A stretch of 64,000 bases of DNA. Source: Methanobacteriota archaeon. GTDB lineage: Archaea; Halobacteriota; Bog-38; Methanoflorentales; Methanoflorentaceae. Both the position numbers and the translations under genes were made by a program. Below are positions 30,306-41,569 of the stretch, piece after piece. The notes under the pieces are model-generated. The model was not told the DNA's origin and made no database searches. It saw only the letters and a list, made by a program, of their open reading frames with translations. The first letter of the stretch is position 1, and each line of letters begins with the position of its first letter. The stretch spans positions 399,898 through 463,897 of the forward strand of contig CAVRAO010000008.1 in the NCBI GenBank assembly GCA_963719035.1, given 5' to 3'.

Positions 30306-31526
30306 ATGGTAACTGCTCTTCTTGATACGGGAGATACCGCTTGGATGCTGGTATCAACTGCTATGGTAATGTTAATGACCGTCCCGGGGTTGGCACTGTT
30401 CTACGGCGGTCTCGTGAAGAAAGAAACCGTCCTTAATACGCTTTTCTTATCTTTTTCGGCGTATGCGATAGTGAGTATCATTTGGTTTATCTACGGGTAC
30501 CCCGTGGTTTTTGGTGCAGATATCCACGGATTGATCGGCGCTCCGGGAGACTTCTTCTTCCACAACATGGTAGAGTCAAACACGCTCGTAGGAACGATAC
30601 CAACGAGCGTTTATGCAGCGTACCAAATGACGTTCGCCGCGATCACCGTTGCGCTGATTTCGGGTGCACTAATCGGACGGATAAAGTTTGGTGCGTGGAT
30701 GCTATTTGTTCCTCTGTGGGCCACCTTCGTCTATCTTCCCATTGCACATTGGGTCTGGGGTGGCGGCTGGCTTGCACAAATTGGTGCCCTTGATTTTGCA
30801 GGTGGCACTGTGGTGCATATCAACAGTGGTGTCGCCGCTCTCGCGCTTATATTGCTGTTGAAGGGTCGAAAGGATCAACGTTTACTACCTCACCAACTGG
30901 GGTATACCATCATCGGTGCCGGCCTGCTTTGGTTTGGGTGGTTTGGCTTTAATGCAGGATCAGCGCTCGCTGCAGGACAGCTTGCGGGGTCGGCGTTTAT
31001 CGTCACTAACACGTCCGCTGCTGCGGCCATGCTTTCGTGGATGCTAATTGAGTACCTTCGATTCCGCAAAGTGACCATGTTAGGCGCTGCCACAGGTCTC
31101 GTTGCAGGGCTCGTCGCAATTACACCTGCAGCAGGGTTCGTAAATATTCCAGCGGCTATGGTTATAGGTTTTGTAACTTCGATCGTATCATACACTGCCA
31201 TTGCCATAATAAAGCCGCGACTCGGCTACGATGATGCATTAGACGTATTTGGCGTTCACGGGTTCTCGGGTATTTGGGGGGCCCTAGCTACAGGAATTTT
31301 CGCAAGTCCTTTCATAAACGCTCTCGGCACAGGTTTAGTTTATGGCAATCCAATGCAGTTAGTAATACAAGCTGTCGCAGTTGCCGCTACGTTCGCTTAC
31401 TCGTTCGTAGTGACTTTGATTATCGGAAAGGTCATCGACCTAACCATTGGATTACGCGTGAGTGAAGGGGAGGAGGCCATTGGTCTGGATCAGGCGCTTC
31501 ATGAAGAGTCTGCATACCACATTTGA
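30306..31526 (+). CDS. amt: ammonium transporter
   Basis: [44 protein letters not shown]. Confidence 0.97.
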   Translation: MVTALLDTGDTAWMLVSTAMVMLMTVPGLALFYGGLVKKETVLNTLFLSFSAYAIVSIIWFIYGYPVVFGADIHGLIGAPGDFFFHNMVESNTLVGTIPTSVYAAYQMTFAAITVALISGALIGRIKFGAWMLFVPLWATFVYLPIAHWVWGGGWLAQIGALDFAGGTVVHINSGVAALALILLLKGRKDQRLLPHQLGYTIIGAGLLWFGWFGFNAGSALAAGQLAGSAFIVTNTSAAAAMLSWMLIEYLRFRKVTMLGAATGLVAGLVAITPAAGFVNIPAAMVIGFVTSIVSYTAIAIIKPRLGYDDALDVFGVHGFSGIWGALATGIFASPFINALGTGLVYGNPMQLVIQAVAVAATFAYSFVVTLIIGKVIDLTIGLRVSEGEEAIGLDQALHEESAYHI

Positions 31527-31564
31527 CCTTTCTTATCTGTGCTCACGAAGGTGTTCAGAGGTAA

Positions 31565-31906
<342 letters not shown>

Positions 31907-32096
31907 GCGTAGCAGTCAACGAAAGCGCATTGCCTACATTTGTGACAAAAGATATAGTGGTGCGTAAGCTTGCTTTAGGTTTGCGGACGTGAAGAGATGT
32001 TCTTCTGTGCCCCGGTCGCTAGAGGGGGTTCCGCGTTGGGGCCCTCTTTCTGTTGATTCCCCCACCGAATCTGTCTGACGGTATGCGATTGGAGAT

Positions 32097-32320
32097 TTAA
32101 CGCGTAAGCGATCGAAATGACCTGTTCGTATGTGTACGCATAATTGAGCGCCGGCATAAACCAGCCGCTCTGCAAGTACGAACATCGGCAACCAAGCACC
32201 AGCCACTCGGAGTGAGCACCCGCTTAATTTCGCCACGTATAGCTTGAGGATGTTCAACGGTGTGAAGCACGTTCAAGCTAATGACCGCATTGAATAATGT
32301 ATCGTCTAAAGGCAAAGCCG
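32097..32320 (-). pseudogene. class I SAM-methyltransferase fragment
   Basis: LPLDDTLFNAVIS.NVLH.VE.P....EIKRVL.P.G (central motifs only); N-terminal GxG motif not found. Confidence 0.55.
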
Positions 32321-32638
32321 TTTTGTGAAACGGTTATCGGAGCTCGGCTCCCCTCTCTTTCCGACTCCTTCTACGTTAGTTATATGAGGATAATTTGCCC
32401 ATCTCTTGGAGTATCGTTACTTTCAGGCATATAGTTCTCTCAAAATTTCGGCGCGTTCCATCCTCTGCTCCTGCACTCTAGGCGGTGTTTTTATCTCCAC
32501 TCAGCTAAATTGCCCTTCGGCGTTGCTTAGTGTCCGCCCTCCGCCATCTTTTCCGCTATCACGGCTTTTCCGAATTTAAACTTGAACTTTTTCCGGAACT
32601 GCGAAAATGAAGAAAGAAAAAGGGGGACTGAAACTCCC

Positions 32639-33165
32639 TCACGAACCCTTTAACGCCTTTATCTCTTGGACGAGCTGCTGCACCTGCGGATCGCGCTGAT
32701 TAAGCTCAATGGCTTTATCGAGACACCGCAGCGCCGCGCCAATTGCCAAGTGTTCCCAATTGTCCTTTGCAATTTTAGCCGAGCCTAAAGCATCAGTGAA
32801 TATAGGCACCCGCATTTTAATTTTCTTGCGCCACCCATACTCCGTTTCAGTATTCACGTTTTCAAAAAGTGCGGTATCAGGGCCCGCCTCGACACCCTCT
32901 GGCAGTCCTTCAGCTCCAACGGCATATCCTTGAATGTTAAGGTGTGAATAATCCACAGGGTAGTTTTTGTCGGTTCCGGCGGTTATCTCTCCGAATCGCG
33001 CAGGATAAAGAACTTCTCTGCCTTAAAAGAGGCTAACCAAGTCTCACAGCCCCCTTTACAGCCGTCTAAGCATCCAGTGTGCAAATCCCAGACATAGGGA
33101 CTACATTGTGCGAGAGCGGTTGAATGTGTCGTAACCTCATTGGCGTTAGGTCTTCTCAGATTCAT
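32639..33165 (-). pseudogene. frameshifted, truncated FMN-binding glutamate-synthase-family gene running into a TPR-like tail
   Basis: MNLRRPNANE, GC.DGCKGGCE.WLASF, YPVDYSHLNIQGYAVGA, KMRVPIFT.ALGS spread over different frames, then LRCLDKAIELN. Confidence 0.8.
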
Positions 33166-33465
33166 GTACAATCGCCTCCATTTTTTGTTTATCCGTGTTT
33201 CTTGCACCACAGTAGAGTTAGCCTTTTTGAGTTTCTCAACAAGTTATCGTTTACAACAAACGTTATACCGCAGTCCAGTTAATTCTGAACGCGGCACCAT
33301 CTAACCGAGAATTTCTGAGAAGTGAGTTTCGGTTACAGTGGTCAGCAACGTAAATCTCTTGCATCAACTACTAACGTGAAATTAATTACCTTGTGTAATA
33401 ATATTGAAATCCTTTGATGGGATTTAATCGCTTGGAAATGTTTATAAATGAAGACGAACTAAAGC

Positions 33466-33479
33466 GGAATGAAAGTTCC
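33466..33479. promoter_or_regulatory. NrpR operator upstream of glnA
   Basis: Perfect GGAA-TGAAAG-TTCC downstream of TATA TTTATAAA (33441-33448). Confidence 0.88.
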
Positions 33480-33508
33480 TACTGAAGCGATGTCGACGGA
33501 GATTTTAC

Positions 33509-34840
33509 ATGGCAGAAACAAAGGATAAAGAGTACGTATTGCGTCAGGTCGAAGAACAAGGCATCAAATTTATTCGACTTTGGTTTACAGACATCCTCGG
33601 CGCTTTAAAAAGCTTTGCAATCGTCAAAGACGAGCTCGAAGACGCTCTAGATGAAGGAATGGGCTTTGATGGCTCCTCAATCACAGGCTATCAGACGATT
33701 GAGGAATCCGATATGATCGCAAAACCTGATCCGAGCACTTATGAGATACTACCTTGGCGGCCCAAGGAAAAAGGCGTGGCACGAATTATCTGCGACGTGC
33801 TTGATCCTTCAGGAAAGCCTTACGAAGGAGACCCCCGTTACGTTCTCAAGAGAAATCTGCAGCGTGCAGAAAAGAAAGGCCTTATATTCAACATAGGGCC
33901 GGAGCTTGAGTACTTCTATTTTATGAACAGCCAAGGTGCTGATGTCATCGACAACGGGGGGTACTTCGATCTCACTCCGCTTGATCAGGCAACCGATCTT
34001 AGAAGAGATACCATATTTGCGCTTGAAGATATGGGCATTCGCGTCGAATATAGCCATCATGAAGTTGGGCCCAGCCAACACGAGATCGATCTGCGATTTA
34101 CCGACGCTCTAACAATGTCTGACCGCGTCATGACATACCGTCTCGTAGTCAAAGAAATTGCTCTACGCGCGGGTTACTACGCTACGTTCATGCCAAAGCC
34201 CCTCCCTGGTGAGAATGGTAGCGGGATGCATACACATCAATCGCTATTTGACGGAAAGAAGAACGCATTTTTCAATCCCAGTGACGAGTACCACTTGTCG
34301 GATATAGCCAAAGGATATATTGCCGGACAGCTAAAGCACGTCAGCGAATTTTGTCTCGTAACTAGTCAATGGGTCAACTCTTACAAGCGATTGGTTCCTG
34401 GATTTGAAGCCCCCGTTTACGTTTCTTGGGCGCGGCGTAACAGGTCAGCTCTGATACGAGTTCCGATGTACAAGCCCGGAAACGAAATGGCAACGAGGGT
34501 AGAATTACGTTGTCCCGATCCCGCGTGTAACCCCTACCTCGCTTTTGCGGTAATGTTAGCAAGCGGTTTAGACGGAATCGAAAAGGGCTACGAGCTTCCC
34601 GACCCGGTTGAGAAGGATATTTTCAAAATGACGCCGCAACAGCTTGAGGCCCACGGAATTGGCTCACTTCCAGAGAACTTAGGGCTTGCTATCGAGGCGG
34701 CTAAGAATTCCGAGCTCGTGCGCAGCGCACTCGGTGATTTCGTATTTGATCGTTTAATCGCACTTAAGAAGAAAGAATGGGAAGATTATCAGGTACAGGT
34801 GACGCCATATGAGCTTGAAAGGTACCTCCCAGTTCTTTAA
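33509..34840 (+). CDS. glnA: glutamine synthetase type I
   Basis: FDGSSI.G, GPELEY, HHEV, TFMPKP, NGSGMH.H, NSYKRLVPGFEAP, NRSALIRVP. Confidence 0.97.
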   Translation: MAETKDKEYVLRQVEEQGIKFIRLWFTDILGALKSFAIVKDELEDALDEGMGFDGSSITGYQTIEESDMIAKPDPSTYEILPWRPKEKGVARIICDVLDPSGKPYEGDPRYVLKRNLQRAEKKGLIFNIGPELEYFYFMNSQGADVIDNGGYFDLTPLDQATDLRRDTIFALEDMGIRVEYSHHEVGPSQHEIDLRFTDALTMSDRVMTYRLVVKEIALRAGYYATFMPKPLPGENGSGMHTHQSLFDGKKNAFFNPSDEYHLSDIAKGYIAGQLKHVSEFCLVTSQWVNSYKRLVPGFEAPVYVSWARRNRSALIRVPMYKPGNEMATRVELRCPDPACNPYLAFAVMLASGLDGIEKGYELPDPVEKDIFKMTPQQLEAHGIGSLPENLGLAIEAAKNSELVRSALGDFVFDRLIALKKKEWEDYQVQVTPYELERYLPVL

Positions 34841-35051
34841 CTGTGTCTTTATGAGATAATGCAAAATTAGAAGGATTAGGCTTAGGCAATTGTCAGACAG
34901 AGCTCGATCCCATAGCAAGCTGATGTAGAGACACTTCACGCTTAGGATGCGATGGACTTATAATAGGTGAACGGACGATTGAAGGACAGAAGAGCGGCAA
35001 AAAGTACTTGAGATCAACCGCTAAATCTTTCGCTAGACACAGATTCGACGT

Positions 35052-36086
35052 TCAGATGTGTTCTGCCAGGGTTTTTTTTGCTGTTTCGAGAGGGATGCCT
35101 TTCTTTTTCCCCCCAATCTTAGCTATAGCAGCTAAATCGACGCCTGATTTAAGCTCAATGTATCCTGTGCTTTGTGCGAGCTGTAAAAACCCCGCTCCTA
35201 CATCGGTTCGCACTATGACCACAGTGTAACCCACAGATGCGCCAACGCTTCCAAACGACAAATCTGCATCTTCGCTCGTAAAGTCAACGCAATGCGCGCA
35301 ACCCCCTCTTTTTGAGACGCTTGCTTCCTTTAAAGGCACCTCGAGCGTAGTCTGATCCCTAAGTTTAACAATAAGTTTTCCCTTTACGTCTAGCCCGCTT
35401 ATCTCCCACGGCTTTACCCCGTATTTTGTTTGCAAAGTGTAAAGGAGATTGTTAGTGAAGACCTCGGTACAAAACAGGCCAAGGGAAAGTCGAATTGCGT
35501 TTTTATAGATCGATAAGACGTCGACGTTCGATTCGCGAATTCTTCGAACCGCTGTGGCTACACAAGGCGTTCCTACAACCGCGATCTTACGTAGCTTTCT
35601 GTCTTCTATTGCATCTCTAAGCGCTGTCAGCATGGGAGCCCACAAATACTTTGATCCAGCCGACTTAAGAACGGCATCCGACGTTTGCACGAATGCGGGC
35701 TTGGATAACTGGCTCCACTTATCCATGTCCATTACTATCGCGCCGTCTATGAGATTTGACTCAAATGCGGCGGCAAGTATAGCACTCACCACTCCACCTG
35801 ACTGGGCGTCCGAGACATTAACCTTAGATTTTGATTCAAATATCGAAATGATGTCCCCGAATCCATCAGAGCTGGTTTCTTCAACTCTCGGACAAGCAGA
35901 GTAGCAGGCCGCGCACGGCACTGAATCGCGCGTCACCTTACAATAGTCATTCGAGGTGGGGTGGTCAGCCCCTTCTTCAAAATATAGGGCTTCCGTAGGA
36001 CAAACGCCTACACACGCCCCGCATCCGCAGCATCTTTCAGTATCCCACACTTTCAGCTTTAAGTCTTCATATGAAAGCAAGTTCAC
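35052..36086 (-). CDS. FrhB/FdhB-family F420-interacting FAD/FeS subunit
   Basis: CCGCGACVGVCP, QSGGVVS, AGSKY, VGTPC, LGLFC.E, C..C.DF.SE.AD.S.GS. Confidence 0.88.
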   Translation of the reverse strand: MNLLSYEDLKLKVWDTERCCGCGACVGVCPTEALYFEEGADHPTSNDYCKVTRDSVPCAACYSACPRVEETSSDGFGDIISIFESKSKVNVSDAQSGGVVSAILAAAFESNLIDGAIVMDMDKWSQLSKPAFVQTSDAVLKSAGSKYLWAPMLTALRDAIEDRKLRKIAVVGTPCVATAVRRIRESNVDVLSIYKNAIRLSLGLFCTEVFTNNLLYTLQTKYGVKPWEISGLDVKGKLIVKLRDQTTLEVPLKEASVSKRGGCAHCVDFTSEDADLSFGSVGASVGYTVVIVRTDVGAGFLQLAQSTGYIELKSGVDLAAIAKIGGKKKGIPLETAKKTLAEHI

Positions 36087-36100
36087 GTCGCCTCCGCAAG

Positions 36101-36841
36101 CTATTCACAGGTATACAACGCAGCATAAGGTCTGAGCGAGCTTGGCGCTATCTTTGTGAATTCCGTTTCTAAGACGCTTTCAAGGCTCAGGCTAAATTCG
36201 CGACAGTACTCCGTAAGCACTTTCTTAACGATCATTTCGTCATCAGCAGTCATTGGAAATTGCGCTGCACCTTCTCCGAGCTTGTTATCATCGACCTCGC
36301 CTCTGACATAAATGGCGCCTCCGTGTTGTCCGGTAGCAACCCAGTCCCCTAATAAGTCGATTTTCTTGGCCGCGTTATGAAGTCCTAAGATAATGATGAT
36401 GCCGCCAGCCATGTACTCACCAAGAAAGTCTCCGGCGCATCCGCCGGCAACTATTATTGGAACGCTCGACTTGTACGTCTTCATATGTATACCTACTCTA
36501 TACCCTACGTCACCGCGAACGAAAATCTTGCCACCACGCATGCTATGGCCTAAAATGTCTCGTCCGTCACCGTGGATCACAATTTTACCTGAACTCATGG
36601 TATTTCCGACGCCATCTTGGGCGTTGCCAAAAACGGTCACTTTTGGACCATCCATGAACATTGCTAAGTCATTTCCAGGGGTGCCGTAGATGTCGATCTT
36701 GAGTTTTCCTCTTAAACTGTTGGCAATGAAACTCTGACCGTTTACGTCCTCAAGCGTCAGCTGCGCTGCTCCATTCTTAATTGCCTGTTGGACCTCCTCG
36801 TTGAGTTCCTTGAAGTGCTTGTAGTTCGCTACTATGCGCAT
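36101..36841 (-). CDS. glutamate synthase GXGXG beta-helix domain subunit
   Basis: G.PGNDL..FM.G, GN.QDG.GNTM..G, GYRVGIHMK, GD.LGEYMAGG. Confidence 0.9.
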   Translation of the reverse strand: MRIVANYKHFKELNEEVQQAIKNGAAQLTLEDVNGQSFIANSLRGKLKIDIYGTPGNDLAMFMDGPKVTVFGNAQDGVGNTMSSGKIVIHGDGRDILGHSMRGGKIFVRGDVGYRVGIHMKTYKSSVPIIVAGGCAGDFLGEYMAGGIIIILGLHNAAKKIDLLGDWVATGQHGGAIYVRGEVDDNKLGEGAAQFPMTADDEMIVKKVLTEYCREFSLSLESVLETEFTKIAPSSLRPYAALYTCE

Positions 36842-37022
36842 GTATTACCTTTGAGAGCGTCGCGCTTTGCAGCTTGTCGATCGCTCTCGTGTATTGGATC
36901 ACTAAGGCGGCTTTAGAGAGTCTGACCTGTCCCACTTGTCTTATGTTGTCCCGCTTAACAAGCAGCAACATCATGAGTGCCGCAGGATTGACCGTCATCG
37001 CTTTGTATTCGCTTTGTTACGT

Positions 37023-37508
37023 CTATTGCCTATATATCAATGCACCGCACTTACACGCAAGCACGCACGATAGCTCCGCTGCGCCTTCACACAGATCGCA
37101 TTTTACCGCTTCGTGGCCGTGTATCTGTATTGCTCCAAATGGGCACGCCTCAACACATTCACCGCATCCAATGCAGCGTTCGTTTTTAATCGTTACCGTA
37201 CTATTGTCATTCTTTCCAATCGCGTTAGCTTGACAAACCTCAACACTCTTCGGGCGCTTACAGTGGTGGCACGTGATAAGATGTAACTTGCCATCGCCCT
37301 GTTCGATCGTAAGCCTCGAGAGCGGGCGCGGATACTCGCAGATCGCTGCGTTAATATCGCCTGACGTGCTATGCCGCAGCGCGCATGCTAGCTCGCACGA
37401 CTTGCACGCCTTACAATTCTTCGGAACAAAGTTAACGAGTGGATCTATGTAAGCGTCACAGCCTTCGCCGTAATGAAATTGTAATTCGTCACAATCAAAG
37501 CAGCCCAT
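37023..37508 (-). CDS. 4Fe-4S dicluster ferredoxin-like protein (CooF/HydN type)
   Basis: CKACKSCELAC, CHHC..P, CIGCGECVEACPFG, KCDLC. One expected Cys appears as Ser (PKSVEVC). Confidence 0.85.
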   Translation of the reverse strand: MGCFDCDELQFHYGEGCDAYIDPLVNFVPKNCKACKSCELACALRHSTSGDINAAICEYPRPLSRLTIEQGDGKLHLITCHHCKRPKSVEVCQANAIGKNDNSTVTIKNERCIGCGECVEACPFGAIQIHGHEAVKCDLCEGAAELSCVLACKCGALIYRQ

Positions 37509-37554
37509 TTCGTGTTCACCTCATTTAAGAAAGAAGGAGGGTTTAAACGCTCAC

Positions 37555-39063
37555 CTACCTGCCAGCGTGTTGTACGCCGAGGATTTCCAGCGTCGTGTGA
37601 TCCAATCCGTAACCTCGAAGCCGATCACGATTTCCTCTCAAACTTTCGATTGAGTTTATTCCCGCCGCACCAAGGATCTCTTTCAGCTCGATCGACCAAG
37701 CTAACAGTAAGTTTGAGACTCGCCGCGCCCCCTCTGCCGGGTCGAGTCGCGACCTTAGTTTCGGATCCTGAGTGGTTATCCCCCAAGCGCATCTACCGGT
37801 GTAGCATCGTTTACAAACGGTGCAACCGAGAGCAATGAGGGCAGCAGTGCCTATCTTGACGGCGTCAGCCCCAAGCGCTATCGCCTTTGCAACGTCGCCA
37901 CTGTTTCGGATAGTACCGCTGGCAATTAAGCTTGTTTCATTTCGTATGCCTTCTTCTCGTAACCGCTGGTCTACAACGGCAAGTGCAAGTTCAATGGGTA
38001 TACCTACGTTATCCCGAATTACCTTGGGAGTTGCGCCCGTGCCCGCTCGAAAGCCATCGATTACGATCGCGTCTGCACCCGCCCGACAAACGCCGCTAGA
38101 GATTGCAGCAACGTTATGAACCGCAGCTATCTTCACGAAAATCGGCTTTTTGTATCTGGTTGCCTCTTTCAATGAGTTCACAAGCAGTGCTAGGTCTTCG
38201 ATCGAGTAGATATCATGGTGAGGGGCCGGGCTTATGGCATCCGTCCCTACAGGAATCATTCGCGTTTCTGATATTTCATCAGTTATCTTAATTCCCGGTA
38301 GATGCCCCCCAATCCCCGGTTTAGCCCCTTGACCGATTTTGATCTCAACCGCAGCTCCGGCTTCGAGATAAGCTGGATGGACGCCAAATCTCCCGCTAGC
38401 AACTTGCACTATGATGTGATCTGCATATGGGTAGAGCTTCTTGTGAAGCCCTCCTTCTCCCGAACCCATGGTAGTGCCAGACATCACTGCAGCTCGAGCT
38501 AACGCCTCGTGTGCCTCTAGACTGAGAGCTCCGTAAGACATCTGAGCTATCATTATTGGAATTTCGAGTTTGAGCGATGGCGAGAGCTCGGTCTTCAGCT
38601 TGATGTCGTTACCGACTGATTCAAATTCCACAGATCGCGGCTTTTTCCCAATGTATGTTCGGAGTTCGATCGGTTCTCGCAAAGGATCGATCGCTGGGTT
38701 TGTTACCTGACACGCGTCTAGGAGTAGATTGTCAAAGATGATGCGCTCGTGCAGTTCATTTCCAGTACTTGCCAATAGAATGGCGCCTGTTCTCGACTGA
38801 GTAAACACATCTCTTCGCGCGTTTTCGGTCCACACGGGATGGGTGCTCATAACAGAAGGCGTTCGAGAGAGTGTTATTGCATCTTCAGGGCACATGCTAA
38901 CGCATCTCTGACAAGCGACACACCGATCGTCGAATGTTTTGACCTTATCTCCTCGCCATTCTAACGCTCCAAAAGAGCAATTCTCAACGCATCTTTTGCA
39001 CAGCCTACACCGTTGCCTGTCGATGGCCACTCTAAATTCAGGCACGGAACTAAACATCGGCAT
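37555..39063 (-). CDS. glutamate synthase FMN-binding subunit with N-terminal 2[4Fe-4S]
   Basis: MSYGALS, GEGG, QVASGRFG, EIKIGQGAKPG.GGHLPG, ISPAPHHDIYSIEDL. Confidence 0.93.
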   Translation of the reverse strand: MPMFSSVPEFRVAIDRQRCRLCKRCVENCSFGALEWRGDKVKTFDDRCVACQRCVSMCPEDAITLSRTPSVMSTHPVWTENARRDVFTQSRTGAILLASTGNELHERIIFDNLLLDACQVTNPAIDPLREPIELRTYIGKKPRSVEFESVGNDIKLKTELSPSLKLEIPIMIAQMSYGALSLEAHEALARAAVMSGTTMGSGEGGLHKKLYPYADHIIVQVASGRFGVHPAYLEAGAAVEIKIGQGAKPGIGGHLPGIKITDEISETRMIPVGTDAISPAPHHDIYSIEDLALLVNSLKEATRYKKPIFVKIAAVHNVAAISSGVCRAGADAIVIDGFRAGTGATPKVIRDNVGIPIELALAVVDQRLREEGIRNETSLIASGTIRNSGDVAKAIALGADAVKIGTAALIALGCTVCKRCYTGRCAWGITTQDPKLRSRLDPAEGARRVSNLLLAWSIELKEILGAAGINSIESLRGNRDRLRGYGLDHTTLEILGVQHAGR

Positions 39064-40117
39064 TCACCAATGCTACTGTCGGCTCACCCGCGCGTGGGGC
39101 CCACACGAAGTCTGGATTCTTGCAGACTGCCTTAATGGCGCTCTCTTCGCTCGCCATAAACGTATAATCATCCTTTTGAGCGCACACCAGCGGTCTTAGC
39201 TTGATTCGATCAGTGAGCCCGACCATCGTATTTTTTCCTGCTACTCCAGTGAGCCCTGAACCGTTTGCTACGATGATGCTAGCAGGACCATTCACCATTG
39301 CAGAGCCATAGGTAATTCGCAACGCCTCTACAATCCTCCTCTTTTCAGCTGGCATTCGGTCTATCTTTTCCCAGAATGGAGGCGCTAATACCTCAGCTAC
39401 AAGTTCAAGGGGTAGTTTATGTCTTCTAACTAAGAGATCCCACAAATAAGCCAACACTTCAGAATCGGTAGAATTACTGCATTTGTACCCATACGACTCA
39501 AGAAACCGTCTGTTTGTCCCGTAACTGGTAATTTCTCCATTATGTACGACGCTACAATCTAAGATGCTGAACGGATGTGCTCCGCCCCACCAACCTTGTG
39601 TATTTGTGGGATACCGTCCGTGAGCTAACCACAGGTACGCTTCATATTTTTCTAGCTTGTAAAGCTCCGCTACTTGGTCAGGATAGCCAATAGCTTTGAA
39701 AACGCCCATATTCTTGCCGCTTGAGACGACCAAAGCATCGCTCGTATTGTTAATTCTCATTGCAAGATCAATGATGTAATTATCTGCGTCAATTGCGCAC
39801 TTATCGGGCACTTCTACGAAGAAGCGCCACGGGATGTAATCTTGTGAGATGCCTGGGACATTTCGCGTAGCAATTTCTTCATCTTCATAAATGTTAACAT
39901 GCTCGTGCAGCATTTCCGCTACTTGGTCTTTCTGATTATGATCCTTAAAAAGGATATGCAGAGCGTAATAATCCTTGTATTCGGGGTAAAGCCCGTAAGC
40001 TGCAAAGCCACCACCAAGTCCGTTGCATCGTTCATTCATCAAACGAATTCCCTTAATAATGCCACTCGCAGAAAACGGTAGACCGTTTTCATTAACGATG
40101 CCTAAAGTACTACACAA
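39050..40117 (-). CDS. glutamate synthase amidotransferase (Ntn) subunit
   Basis: N-terminal Cys, R.NGLG.G, HGRYPTN, AHPF, HNGEI, TDSEV, DRIKLRP. Confidence 0.92.
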   Translation of the reverse strand: MCSTLGIVNENGLPFSASGIIKGIRLMNERCNGLGGGFAAYGLYPEYKDYYALHILFKDHNQKDQVAEMLHEHVNIYEDEEIATRNVPGISQDYIPWRFFVEVPDKCAIDADNYIIDLAMRINNTSDALVVSSGKNMGVFKAIGYPDQVAELYKLEKYEAYLWLAHGRYPTNTQGWWGGAHPFSILDCSVVHNGEITSYGTNRRFLESYGYKCSNSTDSEVLAYLWDLLVRRHKLPLELVAEVLAPPFWEKIDRMPAEKRRIVEALRITYGSAMVNGPASIIVANGSGLTGVAGKNTMVGLTDRIKLRPLVCAQKDDYTFMASEESAIKAVCKNPDFVWAPRAGEPTVALVNADV

Positions 40118-40163
40118 GTCTGCGTCACCCCTCTCATTTTCTCCTTTTGATGATGCCTAAATA

Positions 40164-40204
40164 GGAAAACTCATTCCACCTACTAGAGTAGGAACTCTGG
40201 TTCC
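40164..40204. promoter_or_regulatory. tandem NrpR operators upstream of the glutamate synthase operon
   Basis: GGAA-AACTCA-TTCC (40164-40177) and GGAA-CTCTGG-TTCC (40191-40204); minus-strand TATTTATG at about 40212-40219. Confidence 0.88.
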
Positions 40205-40300
40205 GCTCTACCATAAATATTTCTAAAGGCTTGGGTTATTCACTAGAAAAGTAAATCGCAACAATAAATACCGCAATATGTGCAGTGATACGACTAGGCC

Positions 40301-41278
40301 TTAAAGTCGTTGATTCAGGAGCTTTGCGTCCATGAGGGACGAGATAGAATAGGCCTTAACTTTCATATCCAGTTCATGTAACGACGCAATAGGGTTTGTG
40401 CCAGCAAAAATGTTGATTTCCATAACGTCGTCCCCGCTATTGACTCCTAAAAAATTAGCTTCTAGAGGGCTCTCGATCCATCCAACAATACCGGCGCGTT
40501 TTGCGTCCTGCAGAAGTTTTAACGTCCTTTCAGCTGCAATCTTAGGCACCGTTTGTACGTTAGCTAATACAGTGCCATCTCCGCGCTGTACAGCTGCCAG
40601 AACAGATGTCATTTGTCTAGCAGCAAAAACTTGAATCGGATCGAGCGACGTTCCTTGATATGAGATCAGTTCGGTATATGCAGAGGGCATTCTATCCTTG
40701 ATTTTAAGCAATCCGCCGTATTTAATACTTGAAGGAATGCCGTGCTTGAGTAGTACGCCATTTATTGTCATACTACACATCGTGACAAGACCGAAGGAAC
40801 CATAAGGAACAAATACAGCACCAACCTTTTCGCCTTCTTCAACGATGCGCACATAAGGGCTCACCGTATAGCCGTTATTGATCGTCTCTGCAGCTATTTC
40901 GAGCGCTCGGTCAAAATCATCCTTGTCAATGGTCGCGACATTTATGATGATGTCCCCGTTTCTTTGCTTTAAATCAAAACTAGTTCTGTAAACAAGATCC
41001 TCTATCTTGGTTATTAAAAATCCAACGCGGTCTCCAACAATTGCCTCGTTTAACTCATTGATACCTTTCTCTGTTATTATACGGCCGGCATTGCCTATCT
41101 TAATCGTAAATCCTTTGTAGTCAAGGAGTACCAAATAGTGTCTTACCGCCCGTTCCCCTATAGGGTACCCACGCTGACTCAAGCTGGCTGCTATCGTTCG
41201 TGCCCCGATTGCATCGTCACTCGCATCTAAGATCCGCAATATTTCTATAAGTTTCCTTTGCGTTTCAATGCTGGTCAT
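40301..41278 (-). CDS. nrpR: nitrogen repressor NrpR (wHTH + single NRD domain, NrpRI-like)
   Basis: IEIL.IL, IGA..IA, GERAVR, GR.IT.KG, CS.T.NG.L...GIP, Y.GTS.DP, GTNPIA; operators nearby. Confidence 0.9.
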   Translation of the reverse strand: MTSIETQRKLIEILRILDASDDAIGARTIAASLSQRGYPIGERAVRHYLVLLDYKGFTIKIGNAGRIITEKGINELNEAIVGDRVGFLITKIEDLVYRTSFDLKQRNGDIIINVATIDKDDFDRALEIAAETINNGYTVSPYVRIVEEGEKVGAVFVPYGSFGLVTMCSMTINGVLLKHGIPSSIKYGGLLKIKDRMPSAYTELISYQGTSLDPIQVFAARQMTSVLAAVQRGDGTVLANVQTVPKIAAERTLKLLQDAKRAGIVGWIESPLEANFLGVNSGDDVMEINIFAGTNPIASLHELDMKVKAYSISSLMDAKLLNQRL

Positions 41279-41404
41279 GTGCAATAGGCCACGCGCGAGC
41301 TGTTTCGACTTTTAAACACTATACGTGCGCTAATCTAATGAGTACCCGCATATTTGTATTTTTCCGGGTTAAGTTCAATACTCATAAATCCCTTGTGCTA
41401 TGCA

Positions 41405-41492
41405 GGGCTCGTAGGGTAGTGGACTATCCTCTTGGACTTCGGAGCTATTGTGGAGAAATCCAAGAACCTGGGTTCAAATCCCAGCGGGCCCG
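41405..41492 (+). tRNA. tRNA-Arg(TCG) with 15-nt intron (41443-41457) at canonical 37/38
   Basis: Acceptor GGGCTCG/CGGGCCC, anticodon stem TTGGA/TCCAA, T arm CTGGG-TTCAAAT-CCCAG. BHB with CTTC/GGAG central helix and GGA/AAA bulges. Confidence 0.92.
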
Positions 41493-41569
41493 TTTACCAG
41501 TTTTTTCGAAAGCACTGACATAGCTTCAAGATTACGGGCTAACAGTAAGAACAAACTAATCTTTTTTTT

